DNA of 63,302 nt, filler included, from 6 parts of 6 records of this genome joined end to end with filler, not necessarily neighbours in it; one strand, 5' to 3'. Counted from the whole stretch's first letter, positions 45,414 through 55,948 are shown. A program made the numbers and translations. Notes: generated by a model from the letters alone, not told the origin.

Positions 45414-46283
45414 ATGACCTATACGCTTCTGATTGCAGATAAATCCTACTCCAGCTGGTCCCTGCGCGGCTGGCTGTGCTTCCGAGCCTTTGACATTCCG
45501 GTCGCCGCAAAGACCACCCGCATGTATTGCGATCAATTCCGCCTGGACCTGGAAGATTTCGCACCAGGCAGCCGCACGGTGCCGATTGTCAGAACGCCCA
45601 CTGGGGGGCTGCTGACCGATTCCATCGCCATCGCCTGGCATCTGGATCGGGCCTTTCCCGACAAGGGACTGCTGCCCGCCGATCCCAATGCGCGGGCCCG
45701 CGCGATGAGCCTGATCGCCGAGATGCATTCCGGCTTTACCGGGCTGCGCGGGGCGTGTGCGATGAACCTGCGCACCGGATGGGACGGGTTCGAGGTGACC
45801 GACGCGGTTCGCGCGGATCTGGATCGGTTGGAACGGGTCTGGGGCGAAGCGCTCGACGCCCATGGCGGACCGTGGCTGTGCGGAGCGTACTCATTGGCTG
45901 ACGTGTTTTTTGCCCCCGTCGCCACCCGCATCCTGACCTACAATCTACTGGTATCGGACCGCGCGCTGGCCTATGCCAAGGCGCATGTGGCGCACCCTGC
46001 GTTCCGCCGCTGGCGGGCCATGGGACTGATCGAGGGACCGGAACAGCCGGTCTACGACATGGACCTGCCGCGCCGTGCCTTTCCCGCGCCGGTGCCGCTG
46101 CCCGCCCGTGCTGTCGATCATGGCCCGTCAGAGAACGCGACCTGCCCCTATTCCGGCGACCCCGTGACCGATTTCATGGAGATGGACGGGCGCATCTTCG
46201 GCTTTTGCAACCCGTTTTGCCGCGACAAGACTGTGACCGACCCGGAGGCGTGGCCGGACTTCATGGCCATTTACCATTCGTAA
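45414..46283 (+). CDS. Glutathione S-transferase with C-terminal YHS/TRASH-like Cys domain
   Basis: KSYSSWSLRGWL, VP, DSIAI, AEMHSGF.GLR..C.MN and SLADVFFAPV, followed by CPYSG...FGFCNPFCRDK. Confidence 0.85.
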   Translation: MTYTLLIADKSYSSWSLRGWLCFRAFDIPVAAKTTRMYCDQFRLDLEDFAPGSRTVPIVRTPTGGLLTDSIAIAWHLDRAFPDKGLLPADPNARARAMSLIAEMHSGFTGLRGACAMNLRTGWDGFEVTDAVRADLDRLERVWGEALDAHGGPWLCGAYSLADVFFAPVATRILTYNLLVSDRALAYAKAHVAHPAFRRWRAMGLIEGPEQPVYDMDLPRRAFPAPVPLPARAVDHGPSENATCPYSGDPVTDFMEMDGRIFGFCNPFCRDKTVTDPEAWPDFMAIYHS

Positions 46284-46307
46284 AGGGTTTTCGGGCAAGC
46301 GTTAACC

Positions 46308-47846
46308 ATGCTGGACGCGACCCGACCCGAAAGCCTTGCGCGCACCTATACCGTTGCCTTCGAAGGGTTGGAGGCACGACGGGTCGAAGTGCAATGCGCC
46401 ATAACACCGGGCTTGCCCGCCTTTTCCATCGTGGGCCTGCCCGACCGCGCCGTTGGCGAGGCGCGCGACCGGGTGCGCACGGCGCTATCCACCATGGCCA
46501 TCGCGCTGCCGTCAAAGCGCGTGACCATCAACCTGTCACCCGCCGATCTGCCCAAGGAAGGGTCGCATTTCGACCTGCCGATTGCGATGGCCCTGCTTGG
46601 CGCTTTGGGGATTGTTCCGCGAGAGCGGGTCGAGGCCGCGATGAGCCTTGGGGAAATGTCGCTCGATGGCTCGCTTGTGCCTGTCATCGGCGCGTTGCCC
46701 ACGGCATTGGCAGCGGGCGAAGACGGGCGGGCGCTCTTTTGTCCCGCCGCCTGCGGGGCAGAAGCCGCATGGGTCGGGGCCACCCCGGTGTTTGCGGGCC
46801 GCAGTCTGGCAGAGATCATCGGCCACCTGACCGACCGCGCGCCGCTGACGCCCGCAGAGCCCGGAGAGGTTCATGGCGAACAATCCAGCAAAGACCTGCG
46901 CGAGGTGCGTGGACAGGAACGCGCCAAGCGCGCGCTGGAGATTGCCGCCGCCGGGCGCCACCATTTCCTGATGGTGGGCGCGCCGGGGTCTGGCAAATCC
47001 ATGCTGGCCGCGCGCCTGCCCGGTCTTTTGCCGCCGCTTACCGCCACCGAGGCGTTGGAAACCTCGATGATCCACTCTCTGGCGGGGTTGCTGGACGAAG
47101 GTGGCATCTCCCGCACCCGCCCCTATCGCGCGCCGCATCACACCGCGTCGATGCCCGCAATCGTGGGCGGCGGGCGTCATGCCAAGCCCGGCGAAATCAG
47201 CCTCGCTCATAACGGGGTTCTGTTTCTGGATGAGTTCCCCGAATACCCCCGGCAGGTGCTGGAAACCCTGCGCCAGCCGATTGAAACCGGCGACGTGGTT
47301 GTCGCCCGTGCCAATGCCCATGTAACCTACCCATGCCGCTTTCTGCTGTTGGCGGCGGCCAATCCCTGCCGCTGTGGGCATCTTTATGACGCCGATCAGG
47401 CCTGTGGTCGCGCACCTCTTTGTGGCGAGGATTATCTGGGCCGCATTTCCGGGCCGCTTATGGATCGTTTCGATCTGCGGCTGGAGGTTCCGCCAGTGGG
47501 GTTCACCGATCTGGACCTGCCGCCTTCCGGCGATGACAGTGCGACGGTCGCAGCCCGGATCGCAGCCGCCAGAGACCGGCAGGCCGCGCGGTTCGAGACT
47601 CTCGGCTCCACGGCCCGTGTCAACGCCGACGCCGAGGGCGCGCTGCTCGATCAGATCGCCGAACCCGACCCCGAAGGGCGCGAGATGCTGCTGAAAGCCG
47701 CCGAAAGGTTTCGTCTGTCGGCGCGCGGGTATCACCGTGTCCTGCGGGTGGCGCGCACGATCGCCGATCTGGAAGCGTCCGACACCGTGCGCATGCCCCA
47801 TATCGCAGAAGCCCTGGGATTTCGCCTGATCGCAGGGAAAAACTAG
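46308..47846 (+). CDS. comM: YifB/ComM Mg-chelatase-like AAA+ ATPase (competence helicase)
   Basis: VGLPD, NLSPADLPKEGSHFDLPIA, GAPGSGKS, RAPHH, LFLDEFPE, NPCRCG and SGPLMDRFD. Confidence 0.92.
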   Translation: MLDATRPESLARTYTVAFEGLEARRVEVQCAITPGLPAFSIVGLPDRAVGEARDRVRTALSTMAIALPSKRVTINLSPADLPKEGSHFDLPIAMALLGALGIVPRERVEAAMSLGEMSLDGSLVPVIGALPTALAAGEDGRALFCPAACGAEAAWVGATPVFAGRSLAEIIGHLTDRAPLTPAEPGEVHGEQSSKDLREVRGQERAKRALEIAAAGRHHFLMVGAPGSGKSMLAARLPGLLPPLTATEALETSMIHSLAGLLDEGGISRTRPYRAPHHTASMPAIVGGGRHAKPGEISLAHNGVLFLDEFPEYPRQVLETLRQPIETGDVVVARANAHVTYPCRFLLLAAANPCRCGHLYDADQACGRAPLCGEDYLGRISGPLMDRFDLRLEVPPVGFTDLDLPPSGDDSATVAARIAAARDRQAARFETLGSTARVNADAEGALLDQIAEPDPEGREMLLKAAERFRLSARGYHRVLRVARTIADLEASDTVRMPHIAEALGFRLIAGKN

Positions 47847-48727
47847 GCCAGGGCGGCCACCACTTCGGCCATCTGGTCCAGCGTTTCCTCGGCCTCGGGC
47901 AAAAGCCAGCCGGGGAACAGCGGCCAGACATGCGGCAGGTCATGCTCTTCCGTCAGATATGCGTCCACCCCCTGGGACACCAGCCGCTCGACAATACGGC
48001 GGCTGTCATCTCGCAGGATCTCGGTGCTGCCGACCCAGACATGCACAGGCCCGGCCCCGGAGAAATCGGCGAAGAGCGGGCTGGCGCGTGGGTCGGTCGG
48101 GTCGGCCGGACCAAGATAGCCGTCCCGCGCCACAGCGATCTGGTTGCGGGGCAGAACCACATCCCTGGGGCCGTTGGTTTCGATGCTCTCACCCGACAGG
48201 GTGAGGTCGGTCCAGGGTGACAAAACCAGGCTTGCCACGGGCTGCGCGAGGCCAGCTGCGCAGATCATTCCGAGCAGTGCCAGGGCCAGGCCGCCACCGG
48301 CGCTGTCCCCCAGCAGAATGACCGGCCCGTCCTTCGATATCTCGCGATAGAGCTGAAACACTGCCTCTGGCGCGGCGGGAAACGGGTGCTCTGGCGCCAG
48401 CGGATAGTCGGGAACGACGGCCCGCAATCCCGTCCGCGCCGTCATCCGGCCCACCAGGCCGCAATGCGTTTCTGGACTGCCGATCCCGTAGGCCCCGCCA
48501 TGCAGGTAGAGCAGCCGGGTGCGGCTTTCAGGGCCGATTTCAAGCGCCCGTAATCCGGCAAGGGTCGTTTCGGTGATCCGCGTTCCGCGCGGCGGCCTGA
48601 AGTAGAGCTTGGCTTGAAGGGCAAAACGGCGGCGCAGGCGTTCGACCGGTGCATTGGCAAGACGCGACAGGGTGGGGCGTTCAACCAGTCTCAACCATGG
48701 GCTGAGTAGGTTTGCCCTCCTGCTCAT
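47843..48727 (-). CDS. Alpha/beta hydrolase, HSL-family esterase
   Basis: [28 protein letters not shown] and HVW. Confidence 0.9.
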   Translation of the reverse strand: MSRRANLLSPWLRLVERPTLSRLANAPVERLRRRFALQAKLYFRPPRGTRITETTLAGLRALEIGPESRTRLLYLHGGAYGIGSPETHCGLVGRMTARTGLRAVVPDYPLAPEHPFPAAPEAVFQLYREISKDGPVILLGDSAGGGLALALLGMICAAGLAQPVASLVLSPWTDLTLSGESIETNGPRDVVLPRNQIAVARDGYLGPADPTDPRASPLFADFSGAGPVHVWVGSTEILRDDSRRIVERLVSQGVDAYLTEEHDLPHVWPLFPGWLLPEAEETLDQMAEVVAALA

Positions 48728-49665
48728 GCCCGGCGCACCTCGATCGCCTGCCAGATTTTTTCGGCTATGTTGACGCCGTCAAACCGTTCCAGTTCCTGAA
48801 TGCCAGTCGGCGAGGTCACGTTGATTTCGGTCAGCCAGTTGCCGATCACGTCGATGCCGACAAATATCTGCCCCCGCTCGCGCAGAAGCGGGCCGATGCG
48901 GGCGCAGATTTCCCGGTCACGCTCGGTCAGGGCGACCTTTTCGGGGCGCCCCCCGACATGCATGTTGGACCGGGTCTCACCCTTTGCAGGCACCCGGTTG
49001 ATCGCACCCACGGGTTCGCCGTCAACGAGGATCACCCGCTTGTCGCCTGCCGAGACGTCGGGCAGGAATTTCTGCGCAATCAACGGCTCGCGGTTGATGC
49101 CGGTGAAGAGCTCGTGCAACGAGTTGAGGTTGCGGTCATTGGGGTCAAGCCGGAAGACCCCCGCACCGCCATTGCCGTAGAGAGGTTTCAGGATGATGTC
49201 GCCGTGGCGGTGCTTGAAGTCCTTCAGGGTTTCGAGATCACGGGCGATGGTCGTGGGCGGCGTCAGGTCAGGAAAATCGAGGACCAGCAGTTTTTCCGGG
49301 TAGTTGCGCACCCAGAACGGGTCATTCACGACCAACGTATCAGGATGGACCCGTTCCAGGATATGGGTTGTGGTGATATAGCCCATATCGAAGGGCGGAT
49401 CCTGGCGCAGCCAGACCACATCCCAGTCGGCGAGGTCGATCTCCTGCATTTCACCCAAGGTGAAATGATCACCCTTCACCCGCCGCACGGTCAGCGGCCA
49501 GCCACGCGCGGTCACGCGGCCTTCCTGATAGGCCAGTTTGTCGGGGGTGTAATAGAACAGCTGATGCCCCCGTTTCTGCGCCTCTTCGGCGATGCGGAAA
49601 CTGCTGTCAGCGTCGATGTTGATCGGACCGATCGGGTCCATCTGGATGGCAACCTTGAGGGGCAT
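48724..49665 (-). CDS. gshB: Glutathione synthetase
   Basis: [34 protein letters not shown] and [10 protein letters not shown]. Confidence 0.97.
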   Translation of the reverse strand: MPLKVAIQMDPIGPINIDADSSFRIAEEAQKRGHQLFYYTPDKLAYQEGRVTARGWPLTVRRVKGDHFTLGEMQEIDLADWDVVWLRQDPPFDMGYITTTHILERVHPDTLVVNDPFWVRNYPEKLLVLDFPDLTPPTTIARDLETLKDFKHRHGDIILKPLYGNGGAGVFRLDPNDRNLNSLHELFTGINREPLIAQKFLPDVSAGDKRVILVDGEPVGAINRVPAKGETRSNMHVGGRPEKVALTERDREICARIGPLLRERGQIFVGIDVIGNWLTEINVTSPTGIQELERFDGVNIAEKIWQAIEVRRA

Positions 49666-49739
49666 GCGATGTCTCCATTCCCACGTGTTGCGCATTCATG
49701 ACCCGTGAGGCCGAAAGGTGCAATGCCGTCGATGTGCCC

Positions 49740-50093
49740 CTATGCACAAAGCACATTCGGCAATATGTCGATCTGACCCAGATGATCCAGCAGCGCCACG
49801 TCGACCCGGCAATCAGTGTTGGACCCTGCCGGAAGATGCCCGATGAAATCCTCGGCGCTGCGGAAAATGCGATGCAACTGGCGCTGTGACAGGCGTTCGG
49901 CAGCCTGCGCGTGGCTGCGGCTCTTCTTGACCTCGATGAACACAACCGTGCCGTCCTTCTCGGCCACGAGGTCGATTTCCCCACACTTGCCGCGCCAGCG
50001 CCGGGACAGGATCACGTGACCATCGCGTACATAGCGACGCGTAACCTGATCCTCTGCCGACAGACCCGCATGATAGCTGACCGCTCCGCTCAT
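49740..50093 (-). CDS. yraN: YraN-family nuclease
   Basis: G..AE, GEIDLVA, FIEVK and RVDVA. Confidence 0.92.
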   Translation of the reverse strand: MSGAVSYHAGLSAEDQVTRRYVRDGHVILSRRWRGKCGEIDLVAEKDGTVVFIEVKKSRSHAQAAERLSQRQLHRIFRSAEDFIGHLPAGSNTDCRVDVALLDHLGQIDILPNVLCA

Positions 50094-50974
50094 TCATCCA
50101 ACTCCAGTTTCAGTGCCGCCTGATAGACGTCGCGCTTCTTCAATCCCAGATCGGCGGCGACTTGCGCCGCGGCATCCTTGACCGAAAGGGATGCAAGCGC
50201 CGCGCGCAATGCGTCTTCCATCGTCTCGACAGTCGCCTGCACAGACACACCCTTGCCGATGACAACGACGATCTCGCCCTTCAGGGTCCGGTCCGCGATT
50301 GTAGTTCGAACCTCTTCCACCGTTCCGCGCAAGACCTCTTCGAAGCGTTTGGTTAATTCCCGGCACAGTGCCATCTGCCGGTCCGCCCCGAAAACATCCG
50401 ACAAAACATCTAATAATCGGTGAACGCGGCGAGGAGATTCATAAAGGATAATCGTCGCCCCGATCGGTGCGAGGTCCTTCAGCCAGGTTGACATCGCGCC
50501 CTTGGCCTGCGGTGGAAAGCCTGCGAACAGGAAACGGTCGCTCGGCAGGCCCGACACCGTCAGTGCGGCCAGCACCGCAGAGGCCCCCGGGGCAGCGATC
50601 ACCGGCAGGCCGCCCTCGATCATGCCGCGGGCCAGTTGATAGCCGGGATCGGCGACCAGCGGCGTGCCGGCCTCTGACACATAGGCCACGGATTTCCCGC
50701 CCGCGACCATCGCGGCCAGCTTGTCGCGTGCGCCGGGGCTGCTGTGGTCGTGATAGGCGATCAACGGGCGCCCTGCGACCGCCACGCCATGGATCTCCAT
50801 CAGCTTGCGCGCCGTGCGGGTGTCTTCGGCGGCGATCACGTCAGCTGTCGCCAGAATATCAAGCGCCCGCAGGGTGATATCCCGCGCTGCACCAATGGGC
50901 GTTGCCACCAGGTACAGGCCCGGGTCAAGCCGGGATGCGCGCGGCGCACCGGCGGTTGCAAGCTGATCGGTCAT
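50090..50974 (-). CDS. rsmI: 16S rRNA (C1402-2'-O)-methyltransferase
   Basis: LYLVATPIG, AEDTR, SEAGTP..ADPG, YESPRR, RELTK.FEE and KGEIV. Confidence 0.95.
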   Translation of the reverse strand: MTDQLATAGAPRASRLDPGLYLVATPIGAARDITLRALDILATADVIAAEDTRTARKLMEIHGVAVAGRPLIAYHDHSSPGARDKLAAMVAGGKSVAYVSEAGTPLVADPGYQLARGMIEGGLPVIAAPGASAVLAALTVSGLPSDRFLFAGFPPQAKGAMSTWLKDLAPIGATIILYESPRRVHRLLDVLSDVFGADRQMALCRELTKRFEEVLRGTVEEVRTTIADRTLKGEIVVVIGKGVSVQATVETMEDALRAALASLSVKDAAAQVAADLGLKKRDVYQAALKLELDE

Positions 50975-51060
50975 GGGCTGGCCTCTTGGCGTTTACTTGT
51001 TTCACGCGACCGCGTAGGGTCCGTCCGACCCATTTTCGAGCCTTCTGGAGACGGCCCCGC

Positions 51061-52230
51061 ATGTTCCCTTCTTTCCGCATTGTCCGCAAGTCACGCCGGT
51101 TTGTTTTGCTGGCCCTTTGTGCCGGTGTCCTGGCGGCCTGCCAGGTTGGCGTCCCCGGTGGCAGCGGCCCTCGTGTTCGCGCCGGAGCCCCGATCCAGGT
51201 GGCGCTGCTGTTGCCTTACGGATCGGCGAGCGCGGGCGATGAGATCGTGGCTCGCAGCCTGGAAAACGCGGCACGGCTGGCGGCCTCGGAATTTGAGGGG
51301 GTGCAGCTGGAAATCACCGTTTACAACACCGCCGCCGACCCGGCACAGGCCGCGACCGTTGCACGCCAGGCCATCCAGCAGGGTGCGCGGGTCATCGTCG
51401 GACCCCTTCGGTCCGATGCGGCCGCAGCCGTCGGTGTCGCGGTGTCGAACAGCAATGTCGCGGTCCTGAGTTTTTCCAATAATACCGAGATCGCGGGCGG
51501 CAATGTCTTCGTTCTTGGCCATACCTACGACAACACCGCCTCCCGGATCGCATCCTATGCAGTGCGGCAGGGGCGCAACCGGATCGTGGTTCTGCATGCC
51601 CAGAACCTCGCGGGCGAAGTGGCGCGCGACGCGGTGCAGCAGGCGGTTTCCCGGGTCGGTGGCACTGTTGCCGGTGTCGTCAGTTACGAATTTTCGCAGC
51701 AGGGCGTGGTGCAGGCTCTGCCCGAGGTCATGTCGACGATCCGCTCAACTGATGCGAACGGGCTGGTCATCACCGCCGAGGCGTCTGCCGCTCTGCCGCT
51801 GTTCGCGCAGTTGCTGCCGGAAAACGGACTGGATCTGGAGGAAGTGCGCGTGATGGGGCTGACCCGGTGGGACGTGCCGTCGCAAACGCTGGAACTATCG
51901 GGGCTTCAGGGGGGGTGGTTTGCGCTGCCTGACCCGGATGCCAATGCCGCCTTCAACGCCCGCTATACCGCCGCATATGGGGACGCGCCGCATGTTCTGG
52001 CGCCGATCGCCTATGACGCCATGCGCGCCATTGCCGAAACCGCCGCCGAGGCCGGGGCAATCGGGGTAGCGGAACTGACGGCATCCACTGGCTTTGCCGG
52101 GGCGAACGGGGTATTCCGGCTGAGAGCCGATGGCACCGTCGAACGGGCCATGGCAATCGCAACGGTACTCGAGAACCAGGTTTCCATTATTGACCCCGCA
52201 CCAGGACGCCTTGGCGCTTCCGGCCTCTGA
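51061..52230 (+). CDS. Penicillin-binding protein activator / LppC-type lipoprotein
   Basis: Lipobox LAAC; VALLLP, GA..IVGPL, AYDA and GF.GANGVFRL; divergent from rsmI. Confidence 0.85.
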   Translation: MFPSFRIVRKSRRFVLLALCAGVLAACQVGVPGGSGPRVRAGAPIQVALLLPYGSASAGDEIVARSLENAARLAASEFEGVQLEITVYNTAADPAQAATVARQAIQQGARVIVGPLRSDAAAAVGVAVSNSNVAVLSFSNNTEIAGGNVFVLGHTYDNTASRIASYAVRQGRNRIVVLHAQNLAGEVARDAVQQAVSRVGGTVAGVVSYEFSQQGVVQALPEVMSTIRSTDANGLVITAEASAALPLFAQLLPENGLDLEEVRVMGLTRWDVPSQTLELSGLQGGWFALPDPDANAAFNARYTAAYGDAPHVLAPIAYDAMRAIAETAAEAGAIGVAELTASTGFAGANGVFRLRADGTVERAMAIATVLENQVSIIDPAPGRLGASGL

Positions 52231-53725
52231 CCGGAACCCGCGCCTTCCCGCCACAGGAACCGCCCCCGGGGAGTTGATCCTTCCCGAGGCGGATATCTTT
52301 GACACCGCCGCAATCCGCTCCCGGATCGACGCGGCACTTGTCGATCAGACCGATCCGGGCAAGATCCGGGCACTGACCGTTACCGAACTGCTGGCCGCCC
52401 AAAAGGCCGGGCGGGCAGCGATACAGGAGGCATTCGAGGCAAATCCGCTGGTCGCACGGCGCGTTACACGAGCCTATGCCTTCCTGACCGATGGCGTGGT
52501 GACCGAGGCCATTCGCGTCGCCACCACCTACCTGCATCGCAATCCAACCCCGACCGAGGCCGAGCGGTTGGCGGTCATGGCTGTGGGTGGATCGGGGCGC
52601 GGGGAAATGGCCCCGTTCTCCGATGTCGATCTGCTGTTCGTGCTGCCCTACAAAATGACCGGATGGGCCGAGAGCGTGATTGAATCCACGCTCTACATCC
52701 TGTGGGATCTGCGCCTCAAAGTGGGGCATGCCAGCCGGTCGATCCCCGATTGCCTGCGCCTGGCGAAAGAGGATTACACGATCCGCACATCGCTGCTGGA
52801 GATGCGGTTTCTGACCGGGGATGCGGCGCTCGGGGTGCAGTTGCATGACACCCTGCGCGACCAGCTTTTCGCCGGCACGGCAAGTGAATTCATCGACGCC
52901 AAGCTGGAAGAACGTGCCGACCGCCACAAGCGGCAGGGTGGCCAGCGCTACATGGTCGAGCCCAATGTGAAAGAGGGCAAAGGTGGCTTGCGCGACCTGC
53001 AAACACTGTACTGGATCGCCAAGTATGAACACGGCGTCGATACGGTAGCCGAACTGGTGGAACATGGTGTCTTCCGACAGGAGGAATTCAACGCATTCGA
53101 TGCGGCGGAACGGTTCCTGTGGGCGGTGCGCTGCCATATCCACCTGTTGTCCGGCCGGGCGCAGGACCAGTTGACATTTGACCTACAGGTCGAGGTCGCC
53201 TCTCGTATCGGGTATGTCGATCACGGCGGGCGCCGGGCGGTGGAATATTTCATGCAGGACTATTTCCGCCACGCCACCCGCGTGGGCGAACTGACCCGCA
53301 TTTTCCTGACCGCGATGGAAGCGGCCCATCTGAAACCGGAACCCCGGATCATCGGCTTTCTCAAGGGCCGCCGGATGCGCCGCAAGAAGCTGAAACCGGG
53401 TTACGAGGTCAAGCAGGGGCGGCTTGCGGTCACCGACAACGCCGACTTTCTTTCTGACAAGCTGAACCTTCTGCGCCTGTTCGAGGAGGGCCTGCGCACC
53501 GGCTATCTGATCCACCCCGATGCGATGCGGCTGGTCACTGCCAACCTGCACCTGATCGACGACGAGATGCGCAGCGACAAGGAAGCGGTGCGAATCTTTC
53601 TCGACCTGATGCTGAAACACGGCAACCCCGAACGGGGCCTGCGCCGCATGAACGAACTTGGGGTTCTGGCCGCGTTCATCCCCGAATTCGCGCCTGTCGT
53701 GGCGATGATGCAGTTCAACATGTAT
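52190..53725 (+). CDS. glnD: [Protein-PII] uridylyltransferase, 3' end cut by the contig end (start uncertain)
   Basis: AVGG.GRGEMAPFSDVDLLF, LWDL.LKVGH, EPNVKEGKGGLRD and MQFNMY. Confidence 0.94.
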
Positions 53726-53825
53726 NNNNNNNNNNNNNNNNNNNNNNNNNNNNNNNNNNNNNNNNNNNNTTAATTAATTAANNNNNNNNNNNNNNNNNNN
53801 NNNNNNNNNNNNNNNNNNNNNNNNN
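53726..53825. other. Artificial contig-join spacer
   Basis: N run with TTAATTAATTAA. Confidence 0.99.
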
Positions 53826-53875
53826 CGGCGTACACGGAGTTGCAGTCCGCTGCATGACCACTCTGCCACCCCGCC
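53826..53875 (-). tRNA. tRNA-Cys(GCA), 3' part cut by the contig end
   Basis: Minus strand GGCGGGGTGGCAGAGTGGTCATGCAGCGGACTGCAACTCCGTGTACGCCG; anticodon GCA. Confidence 0.9.
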
Positions 53876-53909
53876 AAGGGTGTTCCACCAAAATGTGGCG
53901 GGCAAAGAA

Positions 53910-53934
53910 AAGGGGAAGTGTATCACTTCCCCTT
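53910..53934. other. 11-bp hairpin in the tRNA-Gly/tRNA-Cys spacer
   Basis: AAGGGGAAGTG-tat-CACTTCCCCTT. Confidence 0.55.
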
Positions 53935-53941
53935 AGGAATT

Positions 53942-54017
<76 letters not shown>

Positions 54018-54050
54018 GTTTCAACAACGTGTCGTCGTTGAGAGAACGAA

Positions 54051-54078
54051 ATTATAGCAAGAAAAATTTTTGTGTCAA
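54051..54078 (-). promoter_or_regulatory. Consensus sigma70 promoter of the tRNA operon
   Basis: Minus strand TTGACA-N16-TATAAT, 33 nt upstream of tRNA-Gly. Confidence 0.85.
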
Positions 54079-54180
54079 ACGTTTTTGCAAAATAATTTCA
54101 TTTATTTTTCGGCTGCCTAAATGTTGTGCAAACCCAAGCCAGTTGCGGCTTTCGGGGAAGTTGCTCTTTTCGGTTTCAAG

Positions 54181-54885
54181 CTATTGATTCTGTTGTGAAA
54201 TGTAGTTATTCCAACCACGTTTGCGCAAATCGCAGGCCGGGCATTCGCCACAACCGAACCCCCAGTCATGTTTGTGACTTCTGTCGCCTGTGTAACAGGT
54301 GTGGGTGTCGCGGACTATGATCTCGAGTAATTTTTTGCCACCGAGTTGCTCGCCCAACTGAAACGTTTCGGTTTTATCAATCCACATGAGTGGCGTTTCA
54401 AATCGAAAAGAGCTGGCCATGCCAAGGTTGGTGGCAACTTGTAAGGCCTTCAACGTGTCTTCGCGGCAGTCAGGGTAGCCGGAAAAATCGGTTTGACACA
54501 TGCCGCCCACCAGTGTCGACAAACCTCTTCGGTATGCCACCGCTGATGAAATCAAAAAGAACACCAGGTTACGTCCCGGCACAAAAGTATTGGGCAAACC
54601 TGTTTCGTTCAGCTCGATCTCGCGCTCTTCGGTCAGCGCACAATCGGAAATTTGTCCCAGCCAGCTCAGGTCAATCACGCGGTCCTCGCCGAGCTTGTGT
54701 GCCCATTCGGGAAAATGTTCGCGTACCCTCTCCAGCACGGTCAGTCTGCATTCCAGTTCAATGCGATGCCGCTGCCCATAGTCAAAACCGATGGTTTCAA
54801 CGTGCTCGAATTTGGAAAGTGCCCAGGCCAGGCAAACGGTGCTGTCTTGCCCGCCTGAGAACAGCACTAGCGCTTTTTTGTTCAT
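54181..54885 (-). CDS. queC: 7-cyano-7-deazaguanine synthase
   Basis: [30 protein letters not shown] and TCY...CGECPAC. Confidence 0.96.
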   Translation of the reverse strand: MNKKALVLFSGGQDSTVCLAWALSKFEHVETIGFDYGQRHRIELECRLTVLERVREHFPEWAHKLGEDRVIDLSWLGQISDCALTEEREIELNETGLPNTFVPGRNLVFFLISSAVAYRRGLSTLVGGMCQTDFSGYPDCREDTLKALQVATNLGMASSFRFETPLMWIDKTETFQLGEQLGGKKLLEIIVRDTHTCYTGDRSHKHDWGFGCGECPACDLRKRGWNNYISQQNQ

Positions 54886-54936
54886 ATGTCAGGGGATAGT
54901 GGGGTTGCGCGAAACGGTTATTTTAACTGTACAAAC

Positions 54937-54965
54937 AAAAAACCCCGCGATTGCGCGGGGTTTTT
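54937..54965. terminator. Bidirectional intrinsic terminator
   Basis: AAAAAACCCCGCG-attg-CGCGGGGTTTTT, downstream of the LuxR gene. Confidence 0.85.
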
Positions 54966-55001
54966 GACCAAGCGAATGGTTTTAGAGGGCTGAGTAGATT
55001 C

Positions 55002-55688
55002 TCAGCTAGCCATGCCTGCAGAAATTGCGTATTTCACCAGTTGAACGCTTGAATCAAGGTTCAGTTTTTGCAGCAAACGTGCTCGATAGGCGTCAATGGT
55101 ACGTGGTGAAACCTTGAGCAATTCAGCGATTTCGCGGCGAGGGCGACCTTGGGCGATCAAGGTCAGTACCTGGCGCTCGCGGCGAGTCAACTGGGCACCT
55201 TCGTCTTGATCGGCGAGAGGGTTAATCTGGTTGCCTGAGTTTTGCGGCTCGGAAGGACTGTATGAGGAGGAGGATCGGTTGCTGACCAGCTCGGGAGCCA
55301 CGTATCGGGCGCCAGCGGCCACAGTGTCAATCGCTTCTCTGAGCGTTTCCACGGAAGACTGGCGACCAACGCAGGCCCAGACTCCGGGTTTGAATGCCAT
55401 GGCCAGTATGTCCTGAGCGTTTCCTTCACATACCAGAACCACGCGAACATCAGAATAGCTGGATCCGATGTGTTGAACGACCGCTTCGCCGTGTCTGTTG
55501 CCTTTTTCGATGGTAATGACCACGATTCGGGTTTCAGCGCTGGCCAGGTGGTTGTCGATTTCTTCCAGTGTAGTTCGGTTGGTTACGAACATGGGTTGCA
55601 GACTGATTGTCCTGCCCGGGGGGCTACTTGGAATGCCCGATTCGCGAGGCGTTAGTGGTCGACCTGCCAAGCCCTTTTCATTCTTCAT
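55002..55688 (-). CDS. NarL/LuxR-family regulator with degenerate receiver domain
   Basis: C-terminal LTRRERQVL..IAQG....EIA..L..SPRTI..YR...L.KL HTH. The receiver-like region lacks the phospho-Asp and the conserved Lys. Start uncertain (55688 or 55736). Confidence 0.85.
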   Translation of the reverse strand: MKNEKGLAGRPLTPRESGIPSSPPGRTISLQPMFVTNRTTLEEIDNHLASAETRIVVITIEKGNRHGEAVVQHIGSSYSDVRVVLVCEGNAQDILAMAFKPGVWACVGRQSSVETLREAIDTVAAGARYVAPELVSNRSSSSYSPSEPQNSGNQINPLADQDEGAQLTRRERQVLTLIAQGRPRREIAELLKVSPRTIDAYRARLLQKLNLDSSVQLVKYAISAGMAS

Positions 55689-55924
55689 AGTCCCACCCAT
55701 GTGTGGCTGGCTTGGCCAGCTCGGTATTAAGGTCATTGTTCGCCCCGCTATTTGATTTGTTTGGGTTGCTGCTTATTCGATTTGTACTTCAGGCGATAAA
55801 TTTTGGATTCAAGGCCTCGTAGGTAATTTAAAGCGGGTTAATTACTTTGAGGGACATCGCATTTCGGCGGGCTATGTAAGCAAATAGACAATGTAAGTAC
55901 TGTTCTGGAATCGGAACTTTTGCT

Positions 55925-55948
55925 AGTATCCCTTAGCTAGGGGATACT
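55925..55948. promoter_or_regulatory. 24-bp near-perfect palindrome (candidate operator)
   Basis: AGTATCCCTTAGCTAGGGGATACT, one mismatched pair, in the divergent luxR/ECF intergenic region. Confidence 0.6.

Noticed and set aside
52580-52630. GlnD nucleotidyltransferase motif reads AVGGSGR instead of AVGGYGR
   Set aside because: Single substitution with the catalytic SDVD intact; likely a tolerated variant.
54886-54965. Possible preQ1 riboswitch upstream of queC
   Set aside because: No preQ1 aptamer pattern seen; the hairpin is a plain bidirectional terminator.
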